Source: Selaginella moellendorffii
Taxonomy: Eukaryota > Plantae > Lycopodiophyta
Assembly (NCBI RefSeq): GCF_000143415.4
Contig: NW_003314299.1
Location: forward strand, 1,552,559-1,616,558
DNA length: 64,000 bases
Reading direction: 5' to 3'
Of this stretch, positions 49,982-62,640 are shown piece by piece; position 1 is the first letter of the stretch; each line of letters begins with the position of its first letter. The notes beneath the pieces are model-generated. The model was not told the DNA's origin. It did no database searches and saw nothing but the letters and a program-made list of their open reading frames with translations. Position numbers and translations under genes: made by a program.

Positions 49982-52900
49982 GACCCGCTGCTGCTTGGAA
50001 CGCTCACCAACATGCAAACCTGGAGAGAAGGAAAGCAAGAGCACACCAAATTCTTCAGTACACACACAAGTCTAGAGAGTGCTCGAATTCAGCAAAAGAA
50101 AAGAAAAAATCCCTCCACTATTTTTTGCTTTGTTTTTCCCTCTCTCGCTCTCTCGAAGAAACTGCAAGCACTAGGGAACTGTTGGATCACGATGTTCTAC
50201 CTCAAAGGCTCGCTGTAGACTGTTTGTCTCGCTCCCGGCGCGGGTATCAGTCTTCTTCGCTACGAATAACGAGAAAAATCTGCACAGATCTGGATCCAGT
50301 AAGCAAACAGCAAGGAACAAAAGCGTTACCCAGGCTCTCAACAACTTAGCCGCATTTTCATGAAACTCCTCGCAAGCAAGGCCGTGGAGAGAGGCCACAG
50401 ATGGAAAGAATTCACAGGCTAGAATGAGAAACAGATGGAAGGAAGAATTCCAGACGCCAAGAAACACCAGGAACACACACACCATGAGATCGTCGCGAGA
50501 AAACTTGGTGACACGAAAATTCTCACGCACGCTTCACAGTACCTATATCTTTCGCATTTTCCGGGGCCTTTGGAGGCGATCTTGCGCAGGGAGAATTGGA
50601 AGCGACCGGCAGGAAGAAGAATTGGAAATTTCGCGAGGAGAGAAAGAAAGGAGAGAGCGTCGCGCGTGCGTGTGGAGCAATGTGCTGCGAGAGCGAGTAC
50701 ACACTCGTGCCGCGCTGCGCTGCGCCGCGGTGTGTGAAAGAGAGCAAGAAACACAGAATATCTGGCAAGGGATGAATGGCGAGGAGGAAACACGAGCCGG
50801 AGAGAAGCCACGCCAATTGCGCACAGGGAAGAATCGCCTGAGCGCCGGAGAGATGAGCGCTTGCCCGATGCCGCCCCGCCGATCGAAATTTCGCTCCAAG
50901 ATCTGGAAATCCTGCACCGATCGCAGCAAAGAACGCTCTCTCAATCCACCGATCGCTCACGGACTGCGAGAACGGAGATATTTCGAGCGATTGGCACGAG
51001 ATTTTGAGCGACTGATCCAGGAGGGAGAGAGCTAGGCTATGGCGCCGCGCGAGCAAGAAAGAGAAGAAGGGAAGCGCTCGCTATATAGGTAGAAGACGCG
51101 CTCGCGAGCGCTCTCGAATATACACGTTTTTAAACCCTAAGGTAGTGTGGAGAGAATAAAACATGCGGCGTCTCGCAATGCAGGGATCCCTCCACCAGTG
51201 ATTAACTGGGTGGTTAAGGTAAACATGCACTAAAACAACCATGGCGGTTAGCCTTAACCCGGCACAGAATCTTCTACTGTACGGCTCTGGACGCCGCGGA
51301 GAGAATGATCCCGTAGAGATTCGCCTCGCTCTTCAATGTATACTGTTAATTCCTGCATTGTTAGATTGAGCAAATCTAGTCCAATCCAACCCCGTTGTTA
51401 ACAATGGTTTTTTTTTAGGCCCGTACGGGTATCCTGCATGGACGTGTACGGTATAGCATTGGGCGCGAACCTAAAATCCACCTCTTTTGCATCTCTCTTT
51501 TGCATGGATGGATGATGAACGAGCCCAAACGTGAAAGAGGCTTTTGATAGACCATTGCATGCACAAAAGATTTTAGGGCCAATCTTGAGAAGTTAGCTAT
51601 ATATGTTTGGATGGATCATTGTCTCCTGTTATTTGCTTTTGAGGAGGGTGTGATCGATCAATCGAGATATATAGTTTTTTTTTCCTCTTCGTCTTCTCTT
51701 TTCGCGCTTTCTCTCTTCTTCCATAGATCTCTAAAGGTGTTGTTCCTTCCAACTCCTTGTTGCACTTATATGCTTTTGTGATCTTTTGAAGATAACATGA
51801 CAAACACCCACTTTATAACAAGAGGGGGCAAACTAAAGGTGGCATGCCGCAAAACAACAACGGTTTACGGAGACTCGCCACCTTTTCGTGTCTGAATTCC
51901 CTAAAGCTCGCGTGCTTAGACACCACAAAGGTGGCGTAAATGTCCACCTAACGTAGACAAATGACAATGTAGAGGTTTTAGGGTTCTTTGAATTTTACGG
52001 GGGAGGGGAGATATTGCGTGAGGTTTTACGTGGGGCTTTTACTGCCTTCACGAGCGGTCCGACGGCCGTCCACGTGGGACCCCTAAGCCAGCGGCACCGT
52101 CGGATTGGTGTCATTTACTAGATCGCGATGACGAACGTTGACGGGCGCGCCATCGGTGGGTGGCCCGTCACGGGACCTTCCGGGCGCTTGAAGCCCTCCC
52201 CACGTGGCCCGTCACGTCCGGGTAAATATGAAAGGGTAAAAACGTCATCAACCCAGACCAAATTTTCATACCGAGGCATGATTGGACCGTTGGAGGGACA
52301 TGTGGGCACCCCCTCCAAATTTCCTCACTAAGTTTCCCCAAAAATTTAAATTTCTGGTTTTCAAAAATGTTTTGGCGCGAGGCACGAGGCTGGCGTGGCC
52401 TGTATGTCGCACTCACGGTCGCCCGCACGGTATATCGCGCGGTCGGTGGCCCGAGACCGTAGTGCCGCAAAACCGCGCTGGCGACCGTGTCACGTCCCGC
52501 GCGGTTCTGGCCAGCGTGGCGGGCCCCACGTCTTGCCTGCCACTGCAGCGTGTCCGCGCACTCGAGGGCGCGGGTCCCACTCGTAGAGCATTGGCTTGTT
52601 GCCACGTGTCCTCGTGCAAGGACTGGGAAGAGGGCGTCATGATGGCGTTGCCTGGGCATCTGCCTGATTTTGGACCCTCCTGTCTGCCACCTCAGCCAGT
52701 CCGTACTTATCCCCGTGGACATATGTACGGGACCCATTTGCTTGGTCGTGGCCACCAATTTTCTATCCATATACATTGTTTATTATGCATGTGTATTGTT
52801 TTTTCGTGATTTCTCATTGGTTGATGTTTTTGTTAATCATATCCATGGCCCCTGACATTGGAATTGCGAGGTCGCGATTTGAAACTATTTCTTTTTCCCG

Positions 52901-55900
52901 CGATTTTGATCTGTTAATGTTGGGGGAGGGACACACCAACCTGGCACCGCCACTGATCATTTCTTTGCATATCCAAGAAAGATTCCTCGCGGCCGTACGT
53001 TCCGCCCGGGTGTGGCCCATCCACGGCTGCCCGGGCTGTGTCAATTCCAGCCGGGAACGAACCAGCGTAGGGAGAATAAGCGTGCTTGATGTGTGGGGTT
53101 GTGTGGTTGAGATATTATAGAAATTTTATTTATTTTTATCTGAATATGGAACAAAATAATAATAATTAGGGAAATAGTTTAAAGATCTCTCTAGAACTCA
53201 TGAAATTGTTATGAAATTTCCTGCCAGGGAGTGAGAGAGAGTGAGGGAGAGAGAGGGAGTGCCGGGTAGGTTCAACCGCAAGCTTGCTCTGTCTAGATTC
53301 CCCATCCACTGAGAGGCCACCATGTTTGCCCAAGGGAGAATATATATGGATTTTATATTTGTTGTGTATTGCCGCGAATGGGACGCACCATCTCTGGGAG
53401 ATGAGAGACTTGGGCAGCAAGGAAGGATCGGATCGCCCAGCGCTGGGTCCCGGTACTTGCTTGCTTCACATGGTTGACCATTGTTCAAACTATATCTCTG
53501 GGAAGGATGCCCGGTATATTCTTCCCATTTGGAGAAATCGGTGAGACGTTCGAATCCGGTGGGCACCTTGTGCCTCGTTTCTGCTTGCCTGGCTGGCTTG
53601 GGACCACTGTGACACACAATCTCATGCTTTTGTTGCCTGTAGATGCCCGGGAATATCCCCAGTAAGTCCATGGTGGGGGTCTTAGGACCAAAAGGAGGAG
53701 GAGGAAGTTTGGAGCAGAGACACAAATAACAAACAGCAACAGACAAAGTCTCGCCAATTATTAATTCTAACCATGGTTTTATTGTTGATGTCCAGGAATC
53801 AAAATATTTATAAGAAAAATATCCATCCAGCAGCCATCCACATCCTTTAACATAGCAATCGCCAACTAACCATAGCCAGAGCTGGCAGATGCATACATGT
53901 ATACACGCACACACACACACACACCAGTCCACCCCAAGAACCAATTAAGCTCTTAAAGCCTCTCCTGTAATGCTGTCTGAGTTTGAATAACTGGAGACGA
54001 TCTAGCAGAGGGGTAGCGGAAAAAGTATAATATTCTGGTGCTGGTGCTGTTTAGATCCTCTCCTCCTCTTTGTTTGTTGAAATTTAGGGGGCTCATATGG
54101 GATTGAATTCCGGCCCAGAGCTTGCGAATGAGTTTAACAGGCACACGGTTGTTGGTTTGTGGGTGTGTGTGTGGTTGTTGTTCAATGTTGTTGACGTTGT
54201 CATATCACATACGTCGCGGTCGGGATGCGTCAAAATCTCCCACTGTCGTGTTCGTGGAGGGGATGATAAGAAGCCCCAAGGGTACACACTAACGCTTCAT
54301 AGGTAGGAAAGATGAGATAATAATTCAGAAAAAATGAAATCAATTTATTTAGGAATATATATCAGCCAATGTAAGGAAAAGAAACAGAAATACTAGATAG
54401 ATACATAGGAAGTCATGTCAGCCCGCAGCAGCAGCTTTCACCGGCCGGACGGGCGGCGAATCCCCCAAACAAGTTAGGAAAACATTGAGTGATACATTTT
54501 GAAGGTGGTGGGTGGCATGTCATGCATGCACACCTTTGGCCAGGGCAGGGCTGAGAAAAAACTCCATGGACCTATTTCCTCTCTTTGAAGCCTGAAGACC
54601 AACCTGAACCCAGCGGAAAAAAAAAAACAACGCACGCTTTCAACCATAGAGGCCATGAAATGAATTCTAGGCACCTAGCTACATATTGCACATATGATAC
54701 AAGAACCATAACACTTGCGCAATGAAGCGCAATGCCGCAAACAACCAACAACAACAACAATTTTCCACCCGTCGTTTGTGTAACTTTTTTCTTGGCGGGG
54801 TGTATTTACTCCATGGCGAAATGCTCGTGGGTCTTGGACAACCCCTTCAATTGTTAGTTTTTTCTTCCTCCTTTTTCCCCTTTTTTTTCCGGGTTTGTAT
54901 TTGTCCTGCTGGCCTTGAGAATCCACATTGAATTCAGCTTGACAAGAGAGAGGGCATTTGCTGCATTGGGCTTGCTTTTTGGGCCCAGAACCGACCCCTC
55001 CCCTCAAGTTGAAATCTTTTCTAGATTTCATTGAAATATAGATGTGTGTTTGTGTGTGTTGTTTTGTATGGTGGGTGGTGGTTGCTGAGCCACCATCTCC
55101 CATGCATTCCTCTGCTGCAATCTTGTTTATAGCACCAAGGAGACACAAAGGCTGTTGTGTCGCCAACTTTTCTCCCTTTGCAGTTTTCTTCCCTGCCCTA
55201 AAAAAAAAGATTGGTTGGCGCCACCACCTTTTCTCCCCCCCCCCTGGAGTGTGTTGTTCCTCGCTTCCTTGCGGGGTCTGACTATAAGGTAGGAGTTCAT
55301 TGTGTGCGTGGGGTGTGTATAAATACGCTATATATACGCATGATTGCGACGGCCCGGCTACTACATTTACACAAGATTGATACTTTTTTCTTTTTCTTGA
55401 TGTTTTCCTTGAATTTTCTTTTCTTTTCTTTTGGCTGTGGTGTTCTTCTTCTCACTCTTCTGCTCTCTGTTCTTCTGCGCCTCTGTGTGCTGCTGCAATC
55501 TTCCTCCTCTCTGTGGTTCTGCGTCCGAGTGTAAATTTGGAATCGATGGAATCAGCTGGGTAGCCAATGTCATGGCACATCCAGCGTGGGAATCGACCTT
55601 TCAATCGGCGCAAATAAAATTAATAAAACCGCGACATTGACAAATGAACTGCAGACCATCGCACTTACAAGGATCAGAAGACGAAGACGAGAAGAAGTCT
55701 GTTATACAGATTTTGCGAAAAACAAAACCTTTACCTCTCTATCTAATTTTTCTATTCCTTTTGCCATTCAATACGTACAACTATTACAGTTATTCGCCAA
55801 TAATAATGTGACAGGCCTGCCTAGGGATAAAAAACGAACCACTCTCAATCTCTAAGATGGAGAGGTTTTCCTTGCTCATTGTCTTGTGGGGTTCTTCCGT

Positions 55901-57611
55901 ACCACGCTCTGGGCCAAACAAAAATTCCAAGAGAGATGTTCCAAGGGCAGGCATGGGTGGTGGGGTGGCAAATGCAAAATGGTGGCAGCAGTGATGCATC
56001 ATAAGTTTTGTGCTGGGCTTGTGTGTGTGTGTGCCATGCATCTTGTGGACTTTTGATGAGAACAAGGGGCCTTTGGCCCCCACACACACACACACACGGG
56101 TCCTTTCTTTGGCTCACAGACAAAGCACAAGGGGGCCTCCGTACACTCCCCCCTCATGATACCCAACAAATTTTATCACCCAAATACTGAACCTTTTCCC
56201 GTTGAAAACTTGCTGGCCACATATCTTAAGTTTTTATTAAGTTTCTATGATCACGGGCAGATTTTGCGCGTAGGGAGACGTAATCGCGCGTGTGACAATT
56301 CCAGTTCCCCAATCGGACTAGCTCAAAGATGGCGGGCTCTTTCTTTTCAAAGATTCCCAGCCTGTTAATAAGTTTAAAGAGAAACAGCCATTTGGAGCGG
56401 CTGGTTCGTAGTTGCGCTCTCTCTCTCTCTCTCTCTCACGTTGCGATCGGTGATCGCCACCGCCAAGTTTGAGTTTGAGTTTCTTTGTCTGCGTGGAGAG
56501 ATCTTCGTGGGTCCAAGAGATCTCGGGCTGTCGTGCACGATGGACACCGCCATTTTTGCGTTTGTGGGCTGCATGCTTGTACACTTGTTCTGGTTCTGGT
56601 TCGTAGTACGCTCCCTTCAACCCCAGGGAGAGGATTTGAGACTGTGTAAACTGAGAAACTTTCCCAGTTGGCTTCACTTCTCTGCCGACAGTTCCATCGT
56701 TTCCGTGGGAATCGTTGAAATTTTGGCGGTCGGGCTCGAGTGTGAAAAATGCTCAGAATATGTTATGTTTGTTTACCTCTTGTTGTCACTCATTTGAAAA
56801 AACTTGAGTGGAAGAGGCCTCAAACTCGGGACAAACTTCTTCTTGGGCAACGAACAGTGTGATTATTGACAAGTGGAGTCGCACTGACGAGGCCATGGAG
56901 AGACCTCGAAGCTTTTGGAGTTTTCAACGCATTGCTCGTTTGGCTCCAGCGAAAACGTTGCGTGGGGTTTTTTAGTTTTCAATGATCCTGGCTGGGATTG
57001 GCAATTTCGCACTGGTCTCGATCGCAAAAACATCTCCAACTTTCAACATCATGTCAATTCTCCCATCGTTCTTTAGCATTGAATTCTCGACACACACTTT
57101 CCAAACGGAAAAACGAAGAAAAACCCGATGGATCTTGTTTCCATGTAAGAAAAGAGATCCAAAATTATAAAACTAGAAGAGAGTTTCAAAGAGTTGGCAA
57201 CAACTAAGAAAGTGACCTATTGCCTTTTTGCATCAGCAAGAGAGGCCAAGCTTTTTTCACATTGAAGAACAGTCAAAAGAAGCTTCTAGCGTCCGTGTAC
57301 GGCAATGTACTGGTCAAAGTCAGGTCAATGTCAATGGCGTAGTCAAAAACGTTGGTATCATGGCGCTGGTCAACGTTTCCCGGTTTTTCCTTGCACAAAC
57401 TCGCATGATTCCTCAACAAGACCAACTATTCTAGTGTTATTTATGTATATATCATCCGCCACCCTTGTTCCATCTGATTTCTCAACCATTCTAATGCTAT
57501 TTATTTATATGAGTCCGGCACCCTCGTTTCACCACCAATTTACAAGTTCGCCACCTTTCATTTCACTGTACAAAATAATGCGTGATCGATCGCTCCCTTG
57601 TCCAGCCAGAG

Positions 57612-59312
57612 CTACGCGTGGTTGGAAATATAGACCGAGTAAGCGAGCAAACCGAGGCCGAGAATGTAAGTAGTGGCGGCCGGAAGATCCACCTTGCCGC
57701 TGCTCTCGTGATCGCCGCTAGCTTGCGAGGCCGGCGAGGACGACGAGAGCTCCGCGATCATCTGCCAAGCCTTGCTCTCGCTCTCCTCGGCAGCGTCTTT
57801 GGCCTCCTCGAGCGCCGAGTCGAGCGCATCAACCTGTTCCTTGAGCTTGCCGAGCTGTTCTTCCGCCGCCGTCGCCACCGTCGTCGATCGAGCTCCCAGC
57901 TCCCTGGCTTTCATCTCCAGCGTCTTGCTCACCTCCACCGATCGCGCCTTGTCCTCAGCCAGCTCCGGCAGCAATCCAGACAGTGCTAGAACTTGCTCAT
58001 GTCCCTTCTTGGCATTCTCGTGGAGGATGTGGATGGAGGCTTTGATGGCCTCCATCCCTCCGGACGCGGCCTCCTTTTGGATCTTGGCCTTGATCGCTGC
58101 GTCCCTCTCGGCTTTGACGAAGCTCAGCTCGTTCTCCAAGCTCCGGACCCTGGCGTCGAAGAGCTCTATGTTGCTCTTGAGTAGCTTCTCCTGCTTCTCC
58201 AGCCGGCCCGAGTACTCGCTGGCGGACTTGAGAGCCTTCTCCAGCCTCACGACGTCGGCCTTGAACTTGGTCTCGTCGGCCCGGCAATTGTCGATCACCA
58301 TCTTCGCCTCGGTAGCTTCTTCCCTGGCTTTGATCACCGTTGCTGTGAGTTTCTTGAGCTCTTTCTTCAGCATGTCCTTGCATGCCTGGAGGCTGTGGAG
58401 TTCCATCTGCTTGACGATCTCCTGGACCTCGAAGCTCGCATCGTTCTTGGACATCCTGGCCAAGTTCCGGTTGAGCCCGTCGATCTGCTGCACCACCGAA
58501 GCCACCGTCGACTCCGCCTCGTCCGCTCGCTTGGCCGTCTCCCGCAGCTTCTTGTTGATCTCCAGCAGCTGGTTCTCCAGGAATCCCTTGTCCTCCTGGA
58601 GGTACTGCTTCTCCGACTCGAGGATGCTCTTGGCTTTCGCCAAAGATGCCATCATCGAGTCCTTAGCCCAGATCTGGATGCGTGTGTCGTCAACCTGGCT
58701 GCTTAAGTTGGAGTTCTCGTGGACGAGATCGTGAGTCTTGGCCAGGATGGTGCTCAAGTCGTCCTCGAGCTGCGAGACCTGAGCAGCGAGGCTGCTCTTG
58801 TCTTTGCACAGCACCCGGACTTCTTTCGAGAGGAACTCGTTCTCCTCCGTGAGGCTGGCGATCTTCTCCTTCTTCTCGATCGACGGGAGCTTTCTCGGGC
58901 TGGGAGTGACGACAGAGCCTCTCTTGTTGCTGCCAGTGCCTTCTCCTCCTCCGGACGAAGCGATGTTCGTGCGGTGCTGCCAAGTCTCGAAGTACTGCGT
59001 GTTCTTCGAGAGCCTCCTGTTGTAGGGAGTGAGCACTGGGTGCTCATACTTTTTCGGCGACATCTCTCGCGGGCTGAGAGTCTGGAGAGCGCTGTCGTTG
59101 CTCTCGCGACCGTTGTTTATACTCGGTCCGTTGGTAGCACTCTCGCTAGTGGTGGTGGTGGCGGCCGTGGCCGCGGCCGCGGCGTTGTGATCACTACTGT
59201 CTGATGGAAGTGAAGCTCCTCCGCCTCCTCCTCCTCCTCCTCCTCCTCCTCCTCCTCCTCCTCCCCCGGGATCTAGCATTGTTCCTTCCATCGCAGCATC
59301 ACCCTGGGGCAT
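57612..59312 (-). CDS. Long coiled-coil, tail-anchored membrane protein (WIT/PMD-like architecture)
   Basis: ~566-aa intronless ORF with poly-Gly N-terminus, ~370 aa of heptad-rich sequence and C-terminal TM TYILGLGLLAYSVYI followed by SNHA*. Confidence 0.85.
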   Translation of the reverse strand: MPQGDAAMEGTMLDPGGGGGGGGGGGGGGGGGASLPSDSSDHNAAAAATAATTTTSESATNGPSINNGRESNDSALQTLSPREMSPKKYEHPVLTPYNRRLSKNTQYFETWQHRTNIASSGGGEGTGSNKRGSVVTPSPRKLPSIEKKEKIASLTEENEFLSKEVRVLCKDKSSLAAQVSQLEDDLSTILAKTHDLVHENSNLSSQVDDTRIQIWAKDSMMASLAKAKSILESEKQYLQEDKGFLENQLLEINKKLRETAKRADEAESTVASVVQQIDGLNRNLARMSKNDASFEVQEIVKQMELHSLQACKDMLKKELKKLTATVIKAREEATEAKMVIDNCRADETKFKADVVRLEKALKSASEYSGRLEKQEKLLKSNIELFDARVRSLENELSFVKAERDAAIKAKIQKEAASGGMEAIKASIHILHENAKKGHEQVLALSGLLPELAEDKARSVEVSKTLEMKARELGARSTTVATAAEEQLGKLKEQVDALDSALEEAKDAAEESESKAWQMIAELSSSSPASQASGDHESSGKVDLPAATTYILGLGLLAYSVYISNHA

Positions 59313-59744
59313 GATCCTGTCCAAAGGAAGAAAAAATGCTTGAACTGGAGATCTACACAGCTAGAATCGCAGAGCAAAGAGAGCGATAGAGAGATTTCTT
59401 TCTAGAACAATCACTGGCTAAAGAAAGAGGAGAAATAATGCCCGGAAAAAAGCGGGAGCTAAGAACCCTAAAATCGCACTCCAGCACTCACCAGATCGCC
59501 TAGTCGTGGCCGAAAGAGCTGAGTCTACCTCCTCCCGCGCTCCCGCGCTCCGCAAACACGTCATCCAACGGACACCATGGCGAAGGGACGCCAACTGGCC
59601 TCCCTTTAGGGCATTCCCGTACTCATGCGAGTTTATTTAGGGTTAGTGTTTGCCATATACGTACAGCATTAAATTTATGTTATGTTAAGTGCTATCATTC
59701 ATTTGGCTGAAGCATGAGACTGGTGGAAACGTACCTTTTCCTCT

Positions 59745-60330
59745 GCTTCATTGAATCAATGACAGCACAGCCCTTTGGAAGTATGGTCTGGCTGTGCCAA
59801 CATCAAGATGGAATCCAATGCTAGAACATTGTTAACCATGATGTTGCTGGAGAAAGTGAGTGGGTTGTAGCTTCTCAACCTTTGATATTTCCAGAAATAG
59901 TACAGAATTGTTAGAAACATCCCATACATATGCTTTGGAAGTTCTTGCTCTCTAACCTGTCAGAACCTCCAACCTTGAGGTCCTCAGCTCTCTTCCCATT
60001 GACATCAACAGGACATGAGTTCTAGCATGTTTGAAGCGCTGTGCACCTGGAAAATCTTGAAGATAGCATTGGCATCCTTGTGGCTGAATGAACATCTGAA
60101 TAGATATTTCTTACTCACTGCAAACTGTGGAAAAAAGTTATGTAGATGTTTGTTTTGATTTTTAGATCCTTGCAAACTTAATTTTTCTCCACTATATATA
60201 TGGTTTGTTTACAACAGCATATAGATAGATAACAACTTGCATGGTACTTTTGGAGGACTGAGTGCTTGCAAGATTACTTCATCAAGAGAACAAGAAAGAG
60301 TGAACATTGCATCCATGCTTCATAGTTGGG
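59745..60330 (-). pseudogene. Second, more decayed Hog/Hint gene copy
   Basis: Reverse complement shares ATATCTATTCAGATGT, GCCACAAGGATGCC, GTGCACAGCGCTTCAAACATG, GAGGACCTCAAGGTTGGAG, CTACAACCCACTCAC and AACAATGTTCTAGCA with 44350-44695. Confidence 0.85.
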
Positions 60331-60667
60331 CACATATGGACTTCATAAAATCTAATGCATGTATTTCTTTTATAAATTATTGCATTCCATGTGTGTTTTT
60401 TCCCTATATATTTCTAACACAAGTGTTTAATTATTTAATATCGTATTCTAATAATAAGCCATTACTTAATATAGCCCTACTTTGTTCCAGCTGTATTTTA
60501 TATATTAAAGAATTATAAACTTTGCCATGAAGCTATATCAAATTTCTATTTGAAGACAAGTGTCAACATAATATTAAGAAAATGTAAAGAGAACTAACAA
60601 TTAGTTATAGTATAAAAGAAGGATGTTTTGATTCATAACACAATCTGAAATTTTTTCTTGATTAAAT

Positions 60668-61240
60668 ATGGCTTACAGTTATATTTTATTCTTTGCATTT
60701 ATAAGTTTAATTCTAGCTGTAGAAGCAAGACTTAAAACATGTGGTGAATCTTGTTCAAGTCATAATGAGTGTAAAGGGGATATTGCTTGTTTTGATGGCA
60801 TTTGTAAAGATGATCCTGATATGGATACAAATTTATGTCCTGGTAACAATGGTGGTGGTGGTAGTGGGCATGTTGGTGGTGGTGCTGGTGGTGGCACTGG
60901 TGGCAGGGGCATTGGTGGGGGTGTTGGCGGGGGTACTGGTGATGGGCATTGCTGCTCAGATCCAAATAGAGATGTTTGTTGGGATCTCTCTCTTGCACTT
61001 CCAAGCCACCAGGCCTCCTTGGTTGTGCTGGTTTTCCAGCAATGGATTTGGAAGAGGTTGATGTTGACAAACAGCTTGCTGTGATGCAAGAGAAGGCCAT
61101 TCAAGCTTTGAGGGTGGTGGCACTGGTGGTGGGGGCATTGGTGGGGGTGTTGGTGGTGGAACTAGTGGTGGTGGTGGCAGGGATGCTGGTGGTGGTGGTG
61201 GGGGTGGTGCTGGGCTTCTTGGAGGAGACATACGTGGTCT
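60668..61240 (+). pseudogene. Kiwellin/ripening-related protein N-terminus (signal peptide, kissper-like domain, Gly linker); truncated
   Basis: MAYSYILFFAFISLILAVEA then CGESCSSHNECKGDIACFDGICKDDPDMDTNLC, matching the kiwellin six-Cys spacing with C.DDP. The Gly-rich linker is interrupted at ~60950-61108 and no barwin-like DPBB domain follows. Confidence 0.75.
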
Positions 61241-62640
61241 TCATAGAAAGTTTTAAGTTAAAAAAATAATTAATTTAAAATAAAAATGATTAATAAAGGG
61301 TCAAAATTTGATCAAAGTTTTAATAGTAAAAAGTTTTACTTTATAATTCTCAGTTTGTATGGCCCATTCTATGTCAAAAAAAGAGGTTAAAAGTTTGTAT
61401 CAACCTTACTAACCTCTTATACAAGGGAGAGGGAAAGAGTTAAATTATTCCAGCTTGCTCAAGAAAGATTTTTTTATCATTCTTTCTTGAGCAAAGTGGA
61501 ATAAGATTGTTTTATGAACCTGAATCTAAAATTAAACACATTATTGAAACTCAAAGTTAAAGCTAAGTCTAAGGTTATAAATGTATTCTCAAATGTTTGA
61601 TTTTCTTTTTTGTTGCTCATTAATTATTATATTGAATTTCTTCATAGAAAATTTTAAGTTAAAAAAAGAATTAATCTAAGATAAAAATGATTAATTAATA
61701 AAGGATCAAAACAATCTACTTTATAATTCTTTGTGTGTATGTTAGGAAAATGGCCAAGCTTTAAAGTTCATGTTATCCAAGGAAAGGGGGTTCATTTATT
61801 AATCAAAGTGCTTACATTTCCATATTTAGATTTGTGTAATGAGCAAGTTAAGCTTAGTACACCACATATGTCTCCTCCAAGAAGCCCCACCCCCACCACC
61901 ACTACCAGCATCCTTGCCACCACCACCACCAGTGCCAGTGAATGTGCCTTAAAATCTAATATATAAAATACAGCTGGATAAACACCAAATGGCTCATTAT
62001 TAGAATATAATATTAGAAATATAAAGCCTTTAGCTTAAGCATGTAATCTATCTATATTACATGGCATAATGTCATGCATGGTCTACCCAAAGATGGATCA
62101 CTTTAGCCCTACCAGTCCATGGAGTGCAGTGAGAGCAATGAAAGTGAGATGGTCTCTAGCGATCCACAACAAGGGAGAAGGAGGAGAAGAAGGAGCAGCT
62201 ATGAGAGATTAATGCGGACAAGCACAGCTACTGCCACAGTGTCTACTGGTTCCATGGCAATGTGTATCATACAAGAACTAAGTTCTTTCTCATTACCAGT
62301 TTCTTGGAAGGTGAGTGATAAAGAATTTTTCTTATCATCCCTTCCTCATGCATGGTGGTATTGACCGATGGTGCAAATTGATCCCAGGAATGGAGATGCA
62401 ATCTTCTTTAGATCAATGCCTATGTTTGTTACCCTTTATTTTATAACTTTTAAAGTACACCTGACCACCAACGGCCAGATGTTTTGAAAAATACTTAAAA
62501 TTTATCTTCTTGTCGCAGAGCTTTGCCTAATCCAGTTGATAGATTCGTGGCGGCGGCGAGGAAGGCGCTGATGAGCTGAGCGCCAAGCGAACAGGGTTCT
62601 GGAACATCGCTTCTAGGGTTTCATCGTCCGGCTTTGCTAG

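Noticed and set aside
54940-54960. miR156/miR535-like sequence TGACAAGAGAGAGGGCAT
   Set aside because: Imperfect match and no complementary star arm found nearby.
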